A stretch of DNA of 64,000 nt from Octopus sinensis. Its lineage: Eukaryota. The stretch spans positions 42,036,001 to 42,100,000 of the forward strand of contig NC_043009.1 in assembly GCF_006345805.1 (NCBI RefSeq), given 5' to 3'. The position numbers were made by a program, and so were the translations under genes. How positions within the stretch are numbered: the first letter of the stretch is position 1; the number at the start of each line of letters is the position of its first letter. The notes beneath the pieces are model-generated. The model worked only from the letters and a program-made list of their open reading frames with translations, was not told where the DNA came from and made no database searches. Positions 1-15,003 of this stretch are shown one piece after another.

Positions 1-1989
1 ATGCATGTATATGTATATACATTATAGTGTAAGGTAATGTGTAGGATCGTTGAGGTGTTGCATTTAACGCAACACAATAAACGTTGATTCAAAGGCGAAT
101 ATGTTGACTTAAAGTGACCTTTTTGCTAACACTGAGCAGCCTTATAATCGCAGTGTTATCATAAAATAGTCAGTAGGCTCTGATGAACCGAATTTACCAG
201 GCATTTACAATTTCCGATTGCTATTATTTCACTTCAGTAACGCTCATCTTTCTTGTAATAACTCTCTTCCTGCTCTCTTCGTTTACAATGTAACACTAAT
301 CAGCTTTCAATTGATTTATAGTTAATTGTGTATTTATTCTCATTGTGTTTATTAGCGTTGATGAAGTCAAATAGAGTTATTTGTGTGTTTGTTTATCCCT
401 TACGCCGTTGGTGATAGATAAAGGTAAACGCTTGCCACTTTAACATCCGTCATAATTAAATTGGATTAGACTTTCGCTGGTTGTTGAATGAACTGTGTTT
501 CTTTCTTCTTTCTATAACAAAAATGTATAGTAGATAGGAGCGGAGAGGTGTGGTGGAATGAGAGAAGGAAGAACTAAGAATTAAAGCAACTCGCATTTTA
601 TTCCATTTAGCTGCCTGTGAAATTGCTTTGTTTAAAAGATAAAAGCAAACGAAATTATATTTCTTTAAGTATTTTTATATTCATTGTTGCTTTATTCAAA
701 AATATCTTCGTTCGAATGCTTTTATAAAATTGCATTGTTTGTTATTTTATGAAGAACACGTTTTATATAGCAATTATATTTATTATCTAATCTAGAGTCA
801 ATCAATAATGTCAATTTTCTACATAATTGGTTATTGGTTTTATCGATTATTCTACTTTACAACGACGTTATTGTTACCGTTGGAGAGAAAGAGTAAAGAG
901 ATAATGATTAGCTTACAAAATGGCTTCATTGTTCGGTGTCAAATAATAGGTCTTAGGTGAAAAAAAGAACATCCTTGTGAAATTAGAAGATATCAAGTAT
1001 TTATTTATTGAAGAACATAATAAAGAAAGCTTCAACTAATGATAATTGTTGTCACCTTTTAGCATTTAATATCTCTTTTTTTAAATTTTTTGAAAAACTT
1101 CTTTTTGTTTGTTTTTATTTCCTTTTTATATATTCTCATTGTTCTGCTCTTCTATAATATTTATTTGCCTATTTTTTCGAATAATTTCTCTGGATTAAAC
1201 TGGATGATTTATTATTTCAAATTACAGTGGTTTTTCGCATGAATATTTATACGATTATAGAAGAAAAGAAAGAGATTCTATGGCGTTCATACTTTTTTCT
1301 CAAATGTATTAACGACCGAGACAATTGTCCCCAAGAGATAACCTCTACACGATCGCTGATAATTGTATCCATGTACCCTCAAATCTCACCCAACATTAAA
1401 AAAAAAACGGAAGAAAATATTGAAGAGGGTAGTACAAGATAGGCAAAGCAAACAGAGATGATGGTTACAATTGGAACATATTTGACCAAAGGTGTGCTGC
1501 ATAAGGGATGACCGGGAGCTAAATAACAGCAATATTTGAAAAGACCTCCAGCCCCTAAGCAATCACTAGACAAGTTATAAATATCAATGAAATCTATCTG
1601 AAATCAAATTCTTCTAAATATGAAAAGGAAGTCTATGTTGAATAAAGTAGTTCTGAATACACTAAATCTGAAAGAACAAATACAAAGCAAAATCAAAAAC
1701 CACATTGTCACAACAGAAAGGTCATTAGCTATAGATTTGCTTAACCATCGTTAATGTGAGGTTAAAAAACAACAATAACTTCAGCTCCATTATAGCAAAT
1801 TAGTTGCTTTGCTATTTTTATCAATATGATAGTGAAAAAGCATTGTCTCTTAAAGTGAACTAATTATCTGTGTTTCATTATAGACAATTTAAATGAAAAG
1901 TAGCTTGATCTTCCTATACGAGCAATTATCAAACCTGAGACTTTAGCGATTGAAAATAGGAGTGATCAGCAAGACTTTTGATCGCGATA

Positions 1990-2402
1990 CATACATACCT
2001 ACATACATACCAACATACATACATACATACATACATACATGCATACATAACATATACATACATCCGTACGTCCATTCATCCATCCATCCATCCATCCATC
2101 CATCCATCCATCCATACATACATACATACATAGATACATACATACATACATACGTATATACATATGTACACACTCACACGCGCGCGCTCGCACACATACA
2201 CACACACATACACAAATATGTATGCATTTATGCATATACGCATAGGTATATGCATATATGTATCTATTGTGTATGTAGATGCGTAATAAATACTATATAT
2301 ATATATATATATATAATATATATATCGTGTGCATAGGTATATGTATATATATGTATGTATTGTGTATGTAGATGCGTAGATATTTACATAGTGTATAAAT
2401 AC

Positions 2403-2420
<18 letters not shown>
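1990..2420. repeat. Compound (ATAC)n/(CCAT)n/(AT)n microsatellite
   Basis: Tetra- and dinucleotide runs read directly from the sequence. Confidence 0.95.
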
Positions 2421-2435
<15 letters not shown>

Positions 2436-2510
2436 CTATCTTGCTATCTATCAATCTTCTTTTCTTTCTTTTTTCTTTCTTTCTTTCTCTCTGTCTATCT
2501 ATAATAATAA

Positions 2511-2721
2511 TAATTCTAAGATGGAATTTATAGATATTTAATACATCGCTACGCGCGTTTCCACAAATCATATGATTTTGACATTACAGTTGGTATCCTT
2601 GGGATTAGTACAGAATAATCCGTATTATCCGTAGGCTGTACTAATCTCAAGGATACCGACTCTGATGTCGAAACGCGCGTAGCGATGTATTTAAATATTT
2701 ATAAATTCCATCCTAGAATTA
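2511..2721. repeat. ~210 bp nested inverted repeat (fold-back/MITE-like or Penelope-derived)
   Basis: 2511-2561 pairs with 2670-2721, and 2580-2613 pairs with 2636-2669. The loop is 22 nt and there is a side hairpin AAATCATATGATTT. Confidence 0.85.
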
Positions 2722-2884
2722 TAGCTATTATTATATTATCCTATATTATATCGGTATAACCATGATGCAACCCTGAGAAACTGACTTACTAGTCAGAATC
2801 ATTAGACGGTTTCCGGCATAATGATATAGGACCTTATTTACATACCATTAACGTTACCATAAACGAATTTTAAAAAATATCTCT

Positions 2885-3066
2885 ATACCTACCTACATAC
2901 TACCTACCTACCTATCTACCTACCTACCTACCTACCTACCTACCTACCTACCTACCTACCTTCATGCCTACCTACCTACCTACCTATCTAGCTACCTACC
3001 TAACTACCTACCTACCTACCTACCTACCTACCTACCTACCTACCTATCTACCTATCTATCTATCTA

Positions 3067-3124
<58 letters not shown>
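2885..3124. repeat. Compound (CTAC)n-(CTAT)n-(CT)n-(AT)n microsatellite
   Basis: Read directly from the sequence. Confidence 0.95.
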
Positions 3125-3345
3125 ACGGGAAGGTTTACGAAAATAAACAAAAGACGAAGGCAGGTGGAGTACAAACAAACAATGTATTAGTAAGGCGCTC
3201 AGGAATAGAAGTAAAACAAGTCTTTTACGTTTCGAGCCTACGCTCTTCGACAGAAAGATACACAGAAAAGAAACAAGGAGAGAAAGAAGGAAAGAAATAA
3301 ATTGCGTGTAGGGGCTAACGATCCAACATAGCGCACATCTTTCTC
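3125..3345 (-). mobile_element. Possible Penelope-type terminal repeat fragment
   Basis: The minus strand reads TCGAAGAGCGTAGGCTCGAAACG, resembling a decayed CTGANGA...GAAAC signature of Penelope pseudo-LTRs. Confidence 0.35.
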
Positions 3346-3409
3346 TCACTCTTTTTTTCCTGTTTATGTTGCATTTCAAAGGACCAGCCTTTTCATACAC
3401 TGCGTCGTG

Positions 3410-3547
3410 CTGAATCTCCCTGAGAACTACGTTAAGGGTACACGTGTCTGTGGAGTTCTCAGCCACTTACACATTAATTTCACGAGCTGGCTGTTACGTT
3501 GATCGGATCAGCTGGAACCATCGTGGCAGTAACCGACGGAGTGCCAC
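3410..3547 (+). mobile_element. SINE family B, 3' fragment
   Basis: Matches the 3' part of the copies at 15004, 39702 and 41072. Confidence 0.85.
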
Positions 3548-4490
3548 GATATATATATATATATATATATACACAAACATACACAAGTGTAAATATAGGT
3601 TTGAATGTACAACCAACTAGGAAAAGTTACTCAGTTACCGAAAAGAAAAGTAACAAAAACAATTTCAATTTATGACAGTGCTGGGATTATAGTCTGTTGC
3701 TAAAGCGAAAAACAGGAAATGAACATTTATTTCTATTATATATAAAACAACAGGCAATCAATTTAGTGTGTATTTTGTGGTTTGTCAGGGTGGGGAGTTC
3801 ATACTTCTTGCTCGAAGTACATCCTCAGCAGCAACATGTACGAACGTATGAACCAAGGTATACGTATTTATTCATGTATGGATGTATCCAACCACTCACA
3901 TGCATATGCATACAAACATACATCCAGATGCATACATACACACTTATACGTATATAAATTCGCAGATGCACACATTCATACTTACATAAATGCATAAATA
4001 AATACATAAATATGTATACATACAAATATGCATACATACATACATCCATACATACATACAAATATACACACAGCATATATACATACATGCATATATATAT
4101 ATACGGTACACTGATTCAATCGGATTAAATCTAAAAAAATCTGAACTTTTTCATCCTTTCCTTAGAGACCGTGACATATAATCCAAATGATTATCTCTTT
4201 TGTTGTTTTACGTAAGCTATACGTTCTCCTGTTGATATGTAAGCTATATAGTACCTATATAAACAGGTCTAATTTAGTTGATTCCTTGTGTATGCAAATA
4301 TGTATATGTATATATGTATATACATGCATACATACACACACGCACACATACATATACTTATATATATATATTGACGTATATATGTATATATTTATATTAT
4401 TTATTATCTATGTATTTTATTGAATTAAGCAAGCATATATATATATATATGTATGTATGTATGTATGTATATGTATATATCTACACACAC

Positions 4491-4525
<35 letters not shown>

Positions 4526-4604
4526 AATATGTATGTGTGTATATATATATATATATATTTATATATATACACACACACATATATATATATATATATGTGT
4601 GTGT

Positions 4605-4637
<33 letters not shown>

Positions 4638-5249
4638 CACACATACATATTTATAAAAGTGTTAAAAATTTAGCAAATGTGTGTGCATGTGTGTATGTGT
4701 GTGTGTGCAGAGAGGGGAGAGACAGAGAGAGATATAGAGAAAGAAAGGGATAGATTCAACACAGTGCATTTTAAGTGGTTAAATAACCCTACAGATATAT
4801 AACAGCAATGAAATTACGTTGTTTTGATTCTGTCTTGATAAGCTGATTGCTTCAATTTGCTTAGAATTAAATTGTTTTAAACGATTCTTCTATTGTTAAT
4901 GGGGATAACAGCTAGGATAACGTTTGATGTCGGCAACGACGTCGGTGGTTGCAGGCGCTGGCGAAGGAGACGTTGTCGGCTGCTGTAGCTGTGATATTAT
5001 GTAGAAAACAAAACCAATTTCATATCACAATGTCGGCCATTTTTACGCTATGTAATTTTCACGGAGCTCAAGAAATTCCCTATTTTGCTTATATTTACCT
5101 CGTCTCTCATTCTATTCTTCTCTTCCACTCACCTCCACTACACATTTCAATCTCCGACTTCGCCCCACCGTTTACCTTCTCTTACACCGCCCCGACTATT
5201 TCCCTTTTAAGATACGTTATCTCGATAAAAATAAATCAATTTCTAATAG

Positions 5250-5659
5250 CATAAATAGCAATAACAATAATACTGTCAGAACAACAGCAACAACAACAAT
5301 ACCAACGACAACAATATGAACAATAACGCCCAAGATAAATATATAACAATAGTAAACTAATAACAATACTAATAATATTAACGATAGACTAACAACAAAA
5401 GGAACAACAAAAGCAATAATAATAATAATAATATAATAATAATAATAATGACGACAACAACAATAGTAACTGTAACAAAAATAATATAACATAATAATGA
5501 GAAGAATAACAGTAAGAAAAAAAATAACAATGATCCAAATAATAAGGATAACATCGAACATAATAATAACGACGACATTGACGATGATTATTATGATGAT
5601 GATTATGATGAGGATGAAAATAAAATAATAATAATAATAATAATAACAAAAACAACAAC

Positions 5660-5703
<44 letters not shown>

Positions 5704-5713
5704 TAACAATAAC

Positions 5714-5775
<62 letters not shown>

Positions 5776-6175
5776 TAACAATAACAATAATAATAATAAT
5801 AACAACAACATCAATATCAAGAATAAAAGCGATAATAATAATAATTGCTACAATAGTATGAAGAAAGCAAAAATGAACAATAAAGATAACAATGGCGGCA
5901 AAATAAACAGAAAGCAGAACTAAAACAAAGAGAAAAAAGATAACATGAAATAAAAACAAAAAAAAAAAAAGAATGCAGAAGCAGCGAAAAGAAAAACAGG
6001 AAAAATACAACACGGAAAAATAGAAAGTGAGTAAAATACAAAGCTATAAAACAATAAGCAATTCTCTTTAAAAATCTGTTGAAACTGTTGAGAGAGAAAG
6101 GGGAGCAATAAGAATGGAGAGACAAAGAGGGCGGGAGGGATTGAAGGAGAGGAGAAGAAAAATAACATGATAAAA
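5250..6175. repeat. Degenerate (AAT/AAC)n array grading into an A/G-rich low-complexity tract
   Basis: Read directly from the sequence. Confidence 0.9.
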
Positions 6176-6300
6176 CACTGAGAATATTATGACTTTACGC
6201 CATATTGACAAGCGATTAATTTCTAATAGACACAGATTTTTCTAAAAAGAAACAAATATACTCAAAAAATCGTATATATATGTATATATATATATATATA

Positions 6301-6367
<67 letters not shown>

Positions 6368-6743
6368 ATATACATATATATAGTTTTGTGTGTCTATTGT
6401 ATATATATAGGGGGATCATATACATACATATATATGCATATATACACACATACATACATATATATGCATACATATACTTTTATATATATATATTTATAAA
6501 TATATGCATACATAAACTTATATGTACATATAGATGTACAAAAATGTGCATACGCTTGTGAATGTATATATATGTATATATATATATGTGTGTGTGTGTA
6601 TATACACACGCATACATATATATGCACATATGTACGTAAAGAGATCCAATTATATATGTATGCATATATTTGAATATGAATATACACACACATATAAATA
6701 TGTATTATATAATATAATATTACAAAGGTTTATACAACATTAC

Positions 6744-6776
<33 letters not shown>

Positions 6777-6777
6777 G

Positions 6778-6834
<57 letters not shown>

Positions 6835-7891
6835 GCATACACGTACATGAGATCATCCAAGCATATTAAAATTCGCACACGCATCTACCTGACGCAAAAA
6901 ATACTACAAATACATAACACAGACATATATACGTACACAAAAAGAAACCAATTTACATTGTTAAACAGGCGTTTTCTTTGTCAATGTTATTTATTTGTTG
7001 AATTATTTTCCCTTCGTTTTTAGGTATATGTATGCATATATATATATATAACAATTCTCTCACTTGTGTTTATGTATGTGTGCATATATGTGTGCACACA
7101 CAGTCACACATACACATATATGTATAAACTAAGAGGTGCTTATGTATGTACATATGTATAGGCAAGTATGTAAAAGAATATATATCTATACCTATAAACA
7201 TGTATATTTTTATAATCACACATATATACACACAAGCATGCACACACATACTTATAAATATTTTATTTCATGCATACATATATACATATATATATATATT
7301 GTATATATGTACCTTATAGATTGCATATGTATGTACTATATATATATATATACAAACATGCATCCATACATATATGCTTAATATTCAGTTATATATATAT
7401 ATATATATATACATATGCTTGCACATACATTTATGTACGAGAATGCAAGGTGAATTGCAATTTCAACTAATTTTTCCCGCTCCATTATCGATTTAGCCTT
7501 TGATACCTCCAACACTTCTATTATATTGTTGCTTGATAGTGTTATTATATCAATCATTGTATTTTTTTGTGGGTGGTGTATGTCTGCCGTTGAAACGGTT
7601 GTTTAGATAAATTTCTCTTTGTCTCTTCTTTGTTTATTGTTTGCTCTTATACTCTTTTTCTCTGTTTTTGGTGTTTCTTTTTCTTGCTTCGATTATTGTT
7701 ATTATTTCCTTCTTTATTTTCTTTTTTCGCCAATTTATATTATTCCGCGCCATTTCGCCGATTATTATGTCTGCTATTGTTTCTTGCTTTTAACTACTTT
7801 TTTAAACACTTCGTAAATACACACGCATACTTACGCATACGTATATACTTAGGGATGTATGTATGTATTTATTTATGTATGTATGTATAGC

Positions 7892-7951
<60 letters not shown>

Positions 7952-8024
7952 ATATATATATACTACATAGATACATATATGTGTGTGTGAGTGTGTTGTG
8001 TATGTCTATATGTATATACATGTC

Positions 8025-8060
<36 letters not shown>

Positions 8061-10771
8061 CCACAATATATAATATATAGATATATGTCTGTCTCTCTCT
8101 CTCTATATATATTATATATATATATATATATATACACACGTCTATGTGTGTGTTTGTACTGTAAAGTATGTGACAATAATTGTAGGTGTGCGTGTACTTA
8201 CGTCTGGCTTCATATCCATCTGCTGTATAAACATCTCGATATTTGCGTTTATTATAAGAAGCAACTTGTTTGTCTTCTTTTTATTGTGTCTTATTTTACT
8301 TACGTTGTTTTGCTTCCTTTTATCTTTGTATGTCGGCCATTGTTTGACATATTTTCTTTGTTTTCTTCACTATTACATATGTCTGCTTACCTGCAGTAAA
8401 ATGGCGGCTGAACTGTGAAAATATTTCCTTTTCATCTTTTTGTTTTATCATCTTATTTGTGTCACGTTTTATGTTTTTCTTTTCTTCTGTATTATTTTCC
8501 GTTCTATCTTTTGTATTTTCTATCATAAATATCGTTGTTAGAAATGAAACAATTTATATATGTATTGTAAACAAGATGGCTTCTCTCACATTAGTATTTC
8601 CGCTTGTTTAACGCTATGCCCGTATTTTCAAATTTTGTTTTCTCTTTCTAATTTGTTTAAGCCTTTATTTATTTCTATATTTATTTATTCATGACTTTCC
8701 TTTTCTTTTCTTTCTTGTTAAAATTACTCCTTTTTACCTGTTTTTCTTCGTATTTGAGAGGTGGAACAATTTGCAACAAACGTTTTATAAACAATAATGA
8801 AATCAAATTTAGTTGACGTAGCATCGTAGTCTGTTTTATATCAACGTCGTCGCCGAAGTTATTATTATTTCCATTGTCATAATTATCATTTGCTTCCTTC
8901 TCTTCGCCATCGGCATCATGGCAGCTGTAAATCTAGACATAGTTAAATTGTTGCACAGAGAAAAGGATTGAAAATCTACTCACCTTACAAAGATTAAAAA
9001 GTTCAATAACACCTAGATTTTATTTATGATATTATGTCTAGTATCTAACTAGAAATAGCTGTGAAATATCCCTCAACTCACATCTTGTACATCTTCAAGA
9101 GAGAAGAGAAAAACTGAACGAGGTGCCCTATGTCTGAAACTAAGTGAAACTTAGCAAGACTTCGCGTATACCATATGTACTCGTGTAATAAGACAAAGTC
9201 GTGTGTAAACTGCACATCTAATTTATTGTTAAATGTTGGTACAAAATTAATTCACCTCAAAATTTTAGCTTTCCCGCGTGTCTAATAAGTACTCGATGTT
9301 TATAAATTAAAATCAAGTTAACATAGTGCAACTTATATACAAGTAAATATGCTAATTGTATTTATTTGGCCTAAATATATCAGTTATCTGTTACTTTTCC
9401 TGAGATTTGAAATTTTCAGGGTATTAAATTGACATCTGTTTTCTGCTGTATATTACAGAATGAGTCCTGTAATGCATTCAATTGTTGGTAAAGCATCTCT
9501 TCAGACATCTTCGTATATCTTCATGAAGTTAAAACGAGTATGATCGAGCATTTACCTGCAATTTACCCTAAAACCACTGGGGCTAGGCCTTTCGCAATAC
9601 CAGTTAATGAAGCAATTGCTGTTTATGGTGTCTTCATGTCTTAAGATTATAAACTATTATTACTATTGAAAAATATACATGTACATACACATACACATTC
9701 GTACATAAATGCGAGCCGCTAAGTTGAAGAGACACAAACGATCAACACTGGTCTAGTGGTGGTGGGAAACAAAAACACAAACATAAAGACACACTTATAC
9801 GCACGCACACACTCACAAACACACACACACATATACATACATGCACATACACAGTATTAATAAATAAAAAACTTTGGGTGGAACCTATAAACATTTAATG
9901 CATCGCTTCGTGCATTTCCACAAACCACATGTCCCTTAAGATCACAGCCCGTATTTCTGAGATGATTACAGTGTAGTCAGTAGTATCCTTGGGCATCGAG
10001 TAGATCACCTTCATGGTTTCATTTCATCAGGCGATATAACGTTAATGGATGTTTATAAGAAGGATGCATAATGTAATTGTAGCTGTATTTGCATATTCAA
10101 AACGTTTCCCATAAAGAAATTGAATATATACGACAGGAAAGTCTTTAAATTTCTGTCTACGAAGTCTACTAACAAGTCTTTTGTCGGCTCTGGGCTACAG
10201 CAGGAAAAAAAGGGTGTAGCGCTGTGGGATTTAATCCAGAAGTATGTAGCGGGAAAGCATACTTCTTACCAAGAAGATATGCCTGAAACAGACGGAAGTA
10301 CCAGGCTTTGAAGGATATGTACTGAGGTCGATTTGTTCTACTAAAGCCCACAAGGTTTTGCCCCAGTATAGCTGCAGTCAAATTACTGTTACAACCAGAG
10401 GATAAAAAAAAATATGGTAATTATTCTTAGCTTTTCTTCCACTCATGTAATATTTGGCAACTCACTATATATGATAGAATGTAACTCTTCCGTTATTTAT
10501 GACCATTATTTATATAGAAGTTTTTTTTTATGTAGATTATATCTTATTTGCGATACCCTAGTAAGTTAAATCTAATTACAGAAATACCCAGTTTTAGAAA
10601 GTTAACTCTTATACGGCTTTGATTATTGTAAGGCTCTATATGTTGTGTTAGAAATGACATTAACTACACTAATCTTCAACATAGCGTTAAGCCTTTAAAT
10701 ATATCTATGAGCACGCATACAACTTTCGTAATTGCATTTATTTTCTTTAATGTTTTTGTCAAGAGAAAGGA

Positions 10772-10911
10772 TATCTATATATATATACTTACGTAAGTAT
10801 ATGTATGCATATATTTATATATGTGAGTGTATGTGTGCATATATATATATATATCTATATATATATACTTACGTAAGTATATGTATGCATATATTTATAT
10901 ATGTGAGTGTA

Positions 10912-10935
<24 letters not shown>
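10772..10935. repeat. 80 bp tandem duplication inside an (AT)n tract
   Basis: CTTACGTAAGTATATGTATGC... occurs at 10788 and 10868. Confidence 0.9.
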
Positions 10936-10955
<20 letters not shown>

Positions 10956-12119
10956 ATATTATATATATATATATATATAATATATATATATATACACACA
11001 CATATATAAATACATGTATATATATATTATATATATATATATATATATAATATATATATGTGTGTGTGTGTTATCGCAACGTGTTAGAACATAGGGACTC
11101 AGCCTACAGTATCTTGTTCATACAGTAAGAGCAAAATTTCTTCCATTATATCTTCCCAGTCTGTCCTTATCGATAACTATGGAACTTTGGTTCCATTTTG
11201 GCGTCGACAAGAACCAACATTATTTATACACTGCAATAATTAGTACTATTCACAAGGAACGGAATCATCAATGGTTTTATTCCATCGACGTACGTGGAAG
11301 TAACGAAACAGACCTCCAAAAACAGCGTCATTAGGTCTAGTGGTTAAAACATTAATATAACCTAATGGAATAAAGTTTGTAGAAAAATATTTTGTAATTA
11401 AGAACGTAGGAGAAGAATTATTTGCACACCCGTTCCTTACTGACAAATTAATTGATAGTCTAAGTCACCTGTTTCTGAAGAGGCATTCAATTAACTTACA
11501 AAATGAACTTGGCTTCGATTCGAATATCTGTCAAGACTCGTTTGTCTACATCTATCATATTACAATGATCATATTACACATTTCACTTCATGTAAATCGC
11601 TGCTATAGATATAATGAAATGTGTGATCACATCATGTTGATCAGACAACTGGTGAATCAAGCCTTTAAGCTGCCTAATGTCAATGTCAACTATTATCTTG
11701 GAACCATGACAGAAGTTGATACTCTTGTCATTATAACGTAAAGCCATTCCAAATGATTTGTGATTGTTTGAAATATCTTTAGCGTTAGATGTTTACAATC
11801 ACACTTCTTTTCTGCCAACAATTCTAGAAATATTAGTGCTAATTACAATTTTTCGTTAACATAATATAACAACGCAATTAAGATAACTGCAATTTAATAG
11901 CAACGAGGGTCACCAACACGTTTCTGTAGTTAAGAAATTCGTTTTATAAAATGTGGTTCTGTGTTCGAGCCCAACGTACTATATCTTCAAAAAGTAGCTT
12001 CTGGGATAGATAGCATCGACTTCAACAATACTCTGTAAATGGAAGACGGTTAGTGAAATTTTGTGAAAATTTATACACACGAATCCACCAAAATGCACTC
12101 AATTTTTACTACTACGACT

Positions 12120-12123
12120 GCTG

Positions 12124-12218
<95 letters not shown>
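12120..12218. repeat. (CTA)n(AAT)n microsatellite
   Basis: Read directly from the sequence. Confidence 0.95.
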
Positions 12219-12219
<1 letters not shown>

Positions 12220-12639
12220 GTACAAGGTCATGCATATTAAGGAGAAGGGTTATAAGTATTATCATTGACTCCAGTACTTCACTCATCGATCTCCAAAGGA
12301 TGAAAATTAAAGTTCATCACAGAAGGGGGTGAATTTAGAACATAAAGCGTCGGAAGAAATATCACAAAGCATTTTTTCAACACTTGAACTATTCTGATTC
12401 CATTACCACAACTGCCGCTACCAAAGTAGGAACGCAAGATTTCCTCGTTTATATTTTGAATTTCTTTGTTCCCGCGTCTGCTTTCATTTTACATTTTGAA
12501 CTTGAAGAAGACAGACGAGCTATCGAATTATCGTTCAAGCCGTTTAAATAAACAATCTATTAAAAATCGAATCGCGCCCTTCCTATAGTCTAACAACAAC
12601 AACAACAAAATGTTTTTCTTATTAAATTTAGCGCAAGTA

Positions 12640-13034
12640 AATTTGAAACGAGATTAAAGTCACTTACATCGACCCTTAAGGTTGGTGTATTTTATCAACC
12701 TTGAACGGATGAAAGGCAAAGTTTACCTGAACGTGATTTGAGCTGTGTATATGCTGAAGAAATTTTACAAAGAGTTTTATCCTTTCTACAATAGGCACAA
12801 CGCCTGGAATTTCACTAGTCGATTACGTCGACCCCGGTGCTGAACTTGTACTTCTTTTATCGACCCAGAGGTGAGGAAAGACAGAGTTGGCCCTGAGGAC
12901 AAATTTCGTAGAAGTCTGCTTTGTTTGTCATCGCTTCGGGGTCGATAATATAAGTACCAGTCAAATACTGTGGTTGATGTCGTCAACTTTTCCCTCTTCT
13001 CAAAAACTGCTGCCCTGTGCAAAAATTTGAAGCC

Positions 13035-13035
<1 letters not shown>
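12640..13035. mobile_element. Degenerate SINE family A fragments in both orientations
   Basis: Contain TTTATCGACCC...GAAAG and GGGGTCGATAA...AAGTACCAG motifs. Confidence 0.7.
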
Positions 13036-13087
<52 letters not shown>

Positions 13088-13100
13088 TAATAATAATAAT

Positions 13101-13628
13101 AAATGCCCTGATGCAGTACCAGGCTGTGGCTCTCATGGTTTTTGATCTTAACTGATTGAAAGTGTTATCATGTAAATCGTTTTGTGTTGGTATAAAAGGT
13201 GGGCTACTGTAAGTATTCTGCTCAGTACCACAGATTTGCTTGTCAGTTGTTTGACCTTAACCAGTTGCGCATATCCCTTAGTGGCTGACGTTCAGTGCAT
13301 CTCTGATCATGAGCAGATGTAGTGGGGGAACATCATAGCCATATGTTGAAAGGAATTCTTTGGGGTTTGGATAATTCAAATTTGGAAACATGGATGTTTT
13401 GTTCATCATCCTTAAACAACCTTTATTCTAGGACCTTTTGAGCGGAATGGGCTACTCGATCTGGAGAAAATTCTAACTGGGCCCCATCTGCAAGGTCATG
13501 TGCTGTTTATATTGAGATGAGATCACCATGTCGTGTACATATGGTTGTGATGCACGCGCCTGGTGCACCCTTATCAGACCTGTAGTCATGATGGGTATAC
13601 TGGGTTTTGTATATTTTACCCCAGTGAT
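13101..13628 (+). mobile_element. Interspersed repeat D (~550 bp, non-coding, next to (AAT)n)
   Basis: Reverse-complement homolog of 29121-29670 along its full length. Confidence 0.85.
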
Positions 13629-13688
13629 ACTTTTCTTTATACATGTATGTGTAACTGAACGCGATGCATCCATTCCATATATATATAT

Positions 13689-13748
<60 letters not shown>

Positions 13749-13879
13749 GTGGAGGTAACTTAGGGTAACTTTCTAGGCACAATCTCATGAATGACCATGA
13801 GATTGCACCTAGAAAGTTACCCTCCGAGGTACAAGTCCGAGCAAGGTTGTTTTTAGGGAAGACCAATAGTCACCCATAC

Positions 13880-14098
13880 ATACCGGCCTCCCTTCTCCAT
13901 GCCATCAGTGTTATCCAAGGGAAAAGCAAGGGCCGATATAGCTTGACACCAGTGAGGTCACAACTCACTTCTACAGCTGCGTGAACTGGAGCAACGTGAA
14001 ATAAAGTGTCTTACTCAAGAACACAGCATGCAGCCCGGTCCGGGATTCGAACTCACAACCTGACTGTCGTAAGTTCGACGCTCTCACCACTGAGCCAT

Positions 14099-14102
<4 letters not shown>
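13880..14102 (-). mobile_element. tRNA-derived CORE-like SINE
   Basis: The minus strand has an A box (TGGCTCAGTGG) and B box (GTTCGAATCC), followed by TGTGTTCTTGAGTAAGACACTT. Confidence 0.75.
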
Positions 14103-14129
<27 letters not shown>

Positions 14130-14133
<4 letters not shown>

Positions 14134-14418
14134 GAACCGACCAGGCTATCAGATGCTGCTACACATCGCTGGTCACAATGCGCTTCGCATTGTTTTATCC
14201 TTCAAATGACGCCACCCCGCTGGCTAAGCGAGCAGGCCAACAGAAGAAAGAGTTAGAGAAAGTTATGGTGAAAGAGTACAGCAGGGATCGCCACCTCCCC
14301 ACTGCCGAGGCCTCGTTGAGCTTTAGGTATTTTCGCTCACAACGCCCGGTCTGGGAATCGAAAGCGCGATCCTACGACCGCGAGTCCGCTGCCTAACCAC
14401 TGGGCCATTGCGCCTCCA
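14130..14418 (-). mobile_element. SINE with family B head and an alternative tail
   Basis: Head GGAGGCGCAATGGCCCAGTGGTTAGG matches family B; the 3' half differs. Confidence 0.75.
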
Positions 14419-15003
14419 TATGTATATATATATATATAATATATATAATATATATATATATATATTATATTATATATATCTATACATATATTATATTAAC
14501 ATACACACATACATACATAATATACATACATACATGCATACATACATACATACATACAAAAATACATAATGTATACATACATAGATCATATACGTACATA
14601 GTTACATGCATGTAACTATGTATATGTCTATCAATGTACATACGCAAACTGCACTTATTTCCAAAGGTTAAATGAAAAAAAAATAATAATTAGCAAAGAT
14701 TCTTGAAAATTTCATGCTTACATGAATTTGCATTTGTAAAAAATATTTTTGATGGAGCAGGAATTAATAAGAAATTAATTAATAAGTAATTAATGGAAAA
14801 TAAGTGAAAAATAACTAAATCAAAAACATAAGAAATGTACATCGATGAAAAAAATGAATATTAAATAATAGAAAGCAAATAAATGCAAAAAACAAAACAT
14901 TTAATAATTTGTTACTGTTCTGGTTGTTGTTGCTATGGTCGTTGTTGCTCCTCTCCGATGAAAGACACGAAAACCTTGACTCTCCAGTCTTATTTCAAAT
15001 AGT

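Noticed and set aside
10000-10040. Hammerhead-like CTGATGAAATGAAAC on the minus strand
   Set aside because: No NUH cleavage triplet is compatible with stems I and III.
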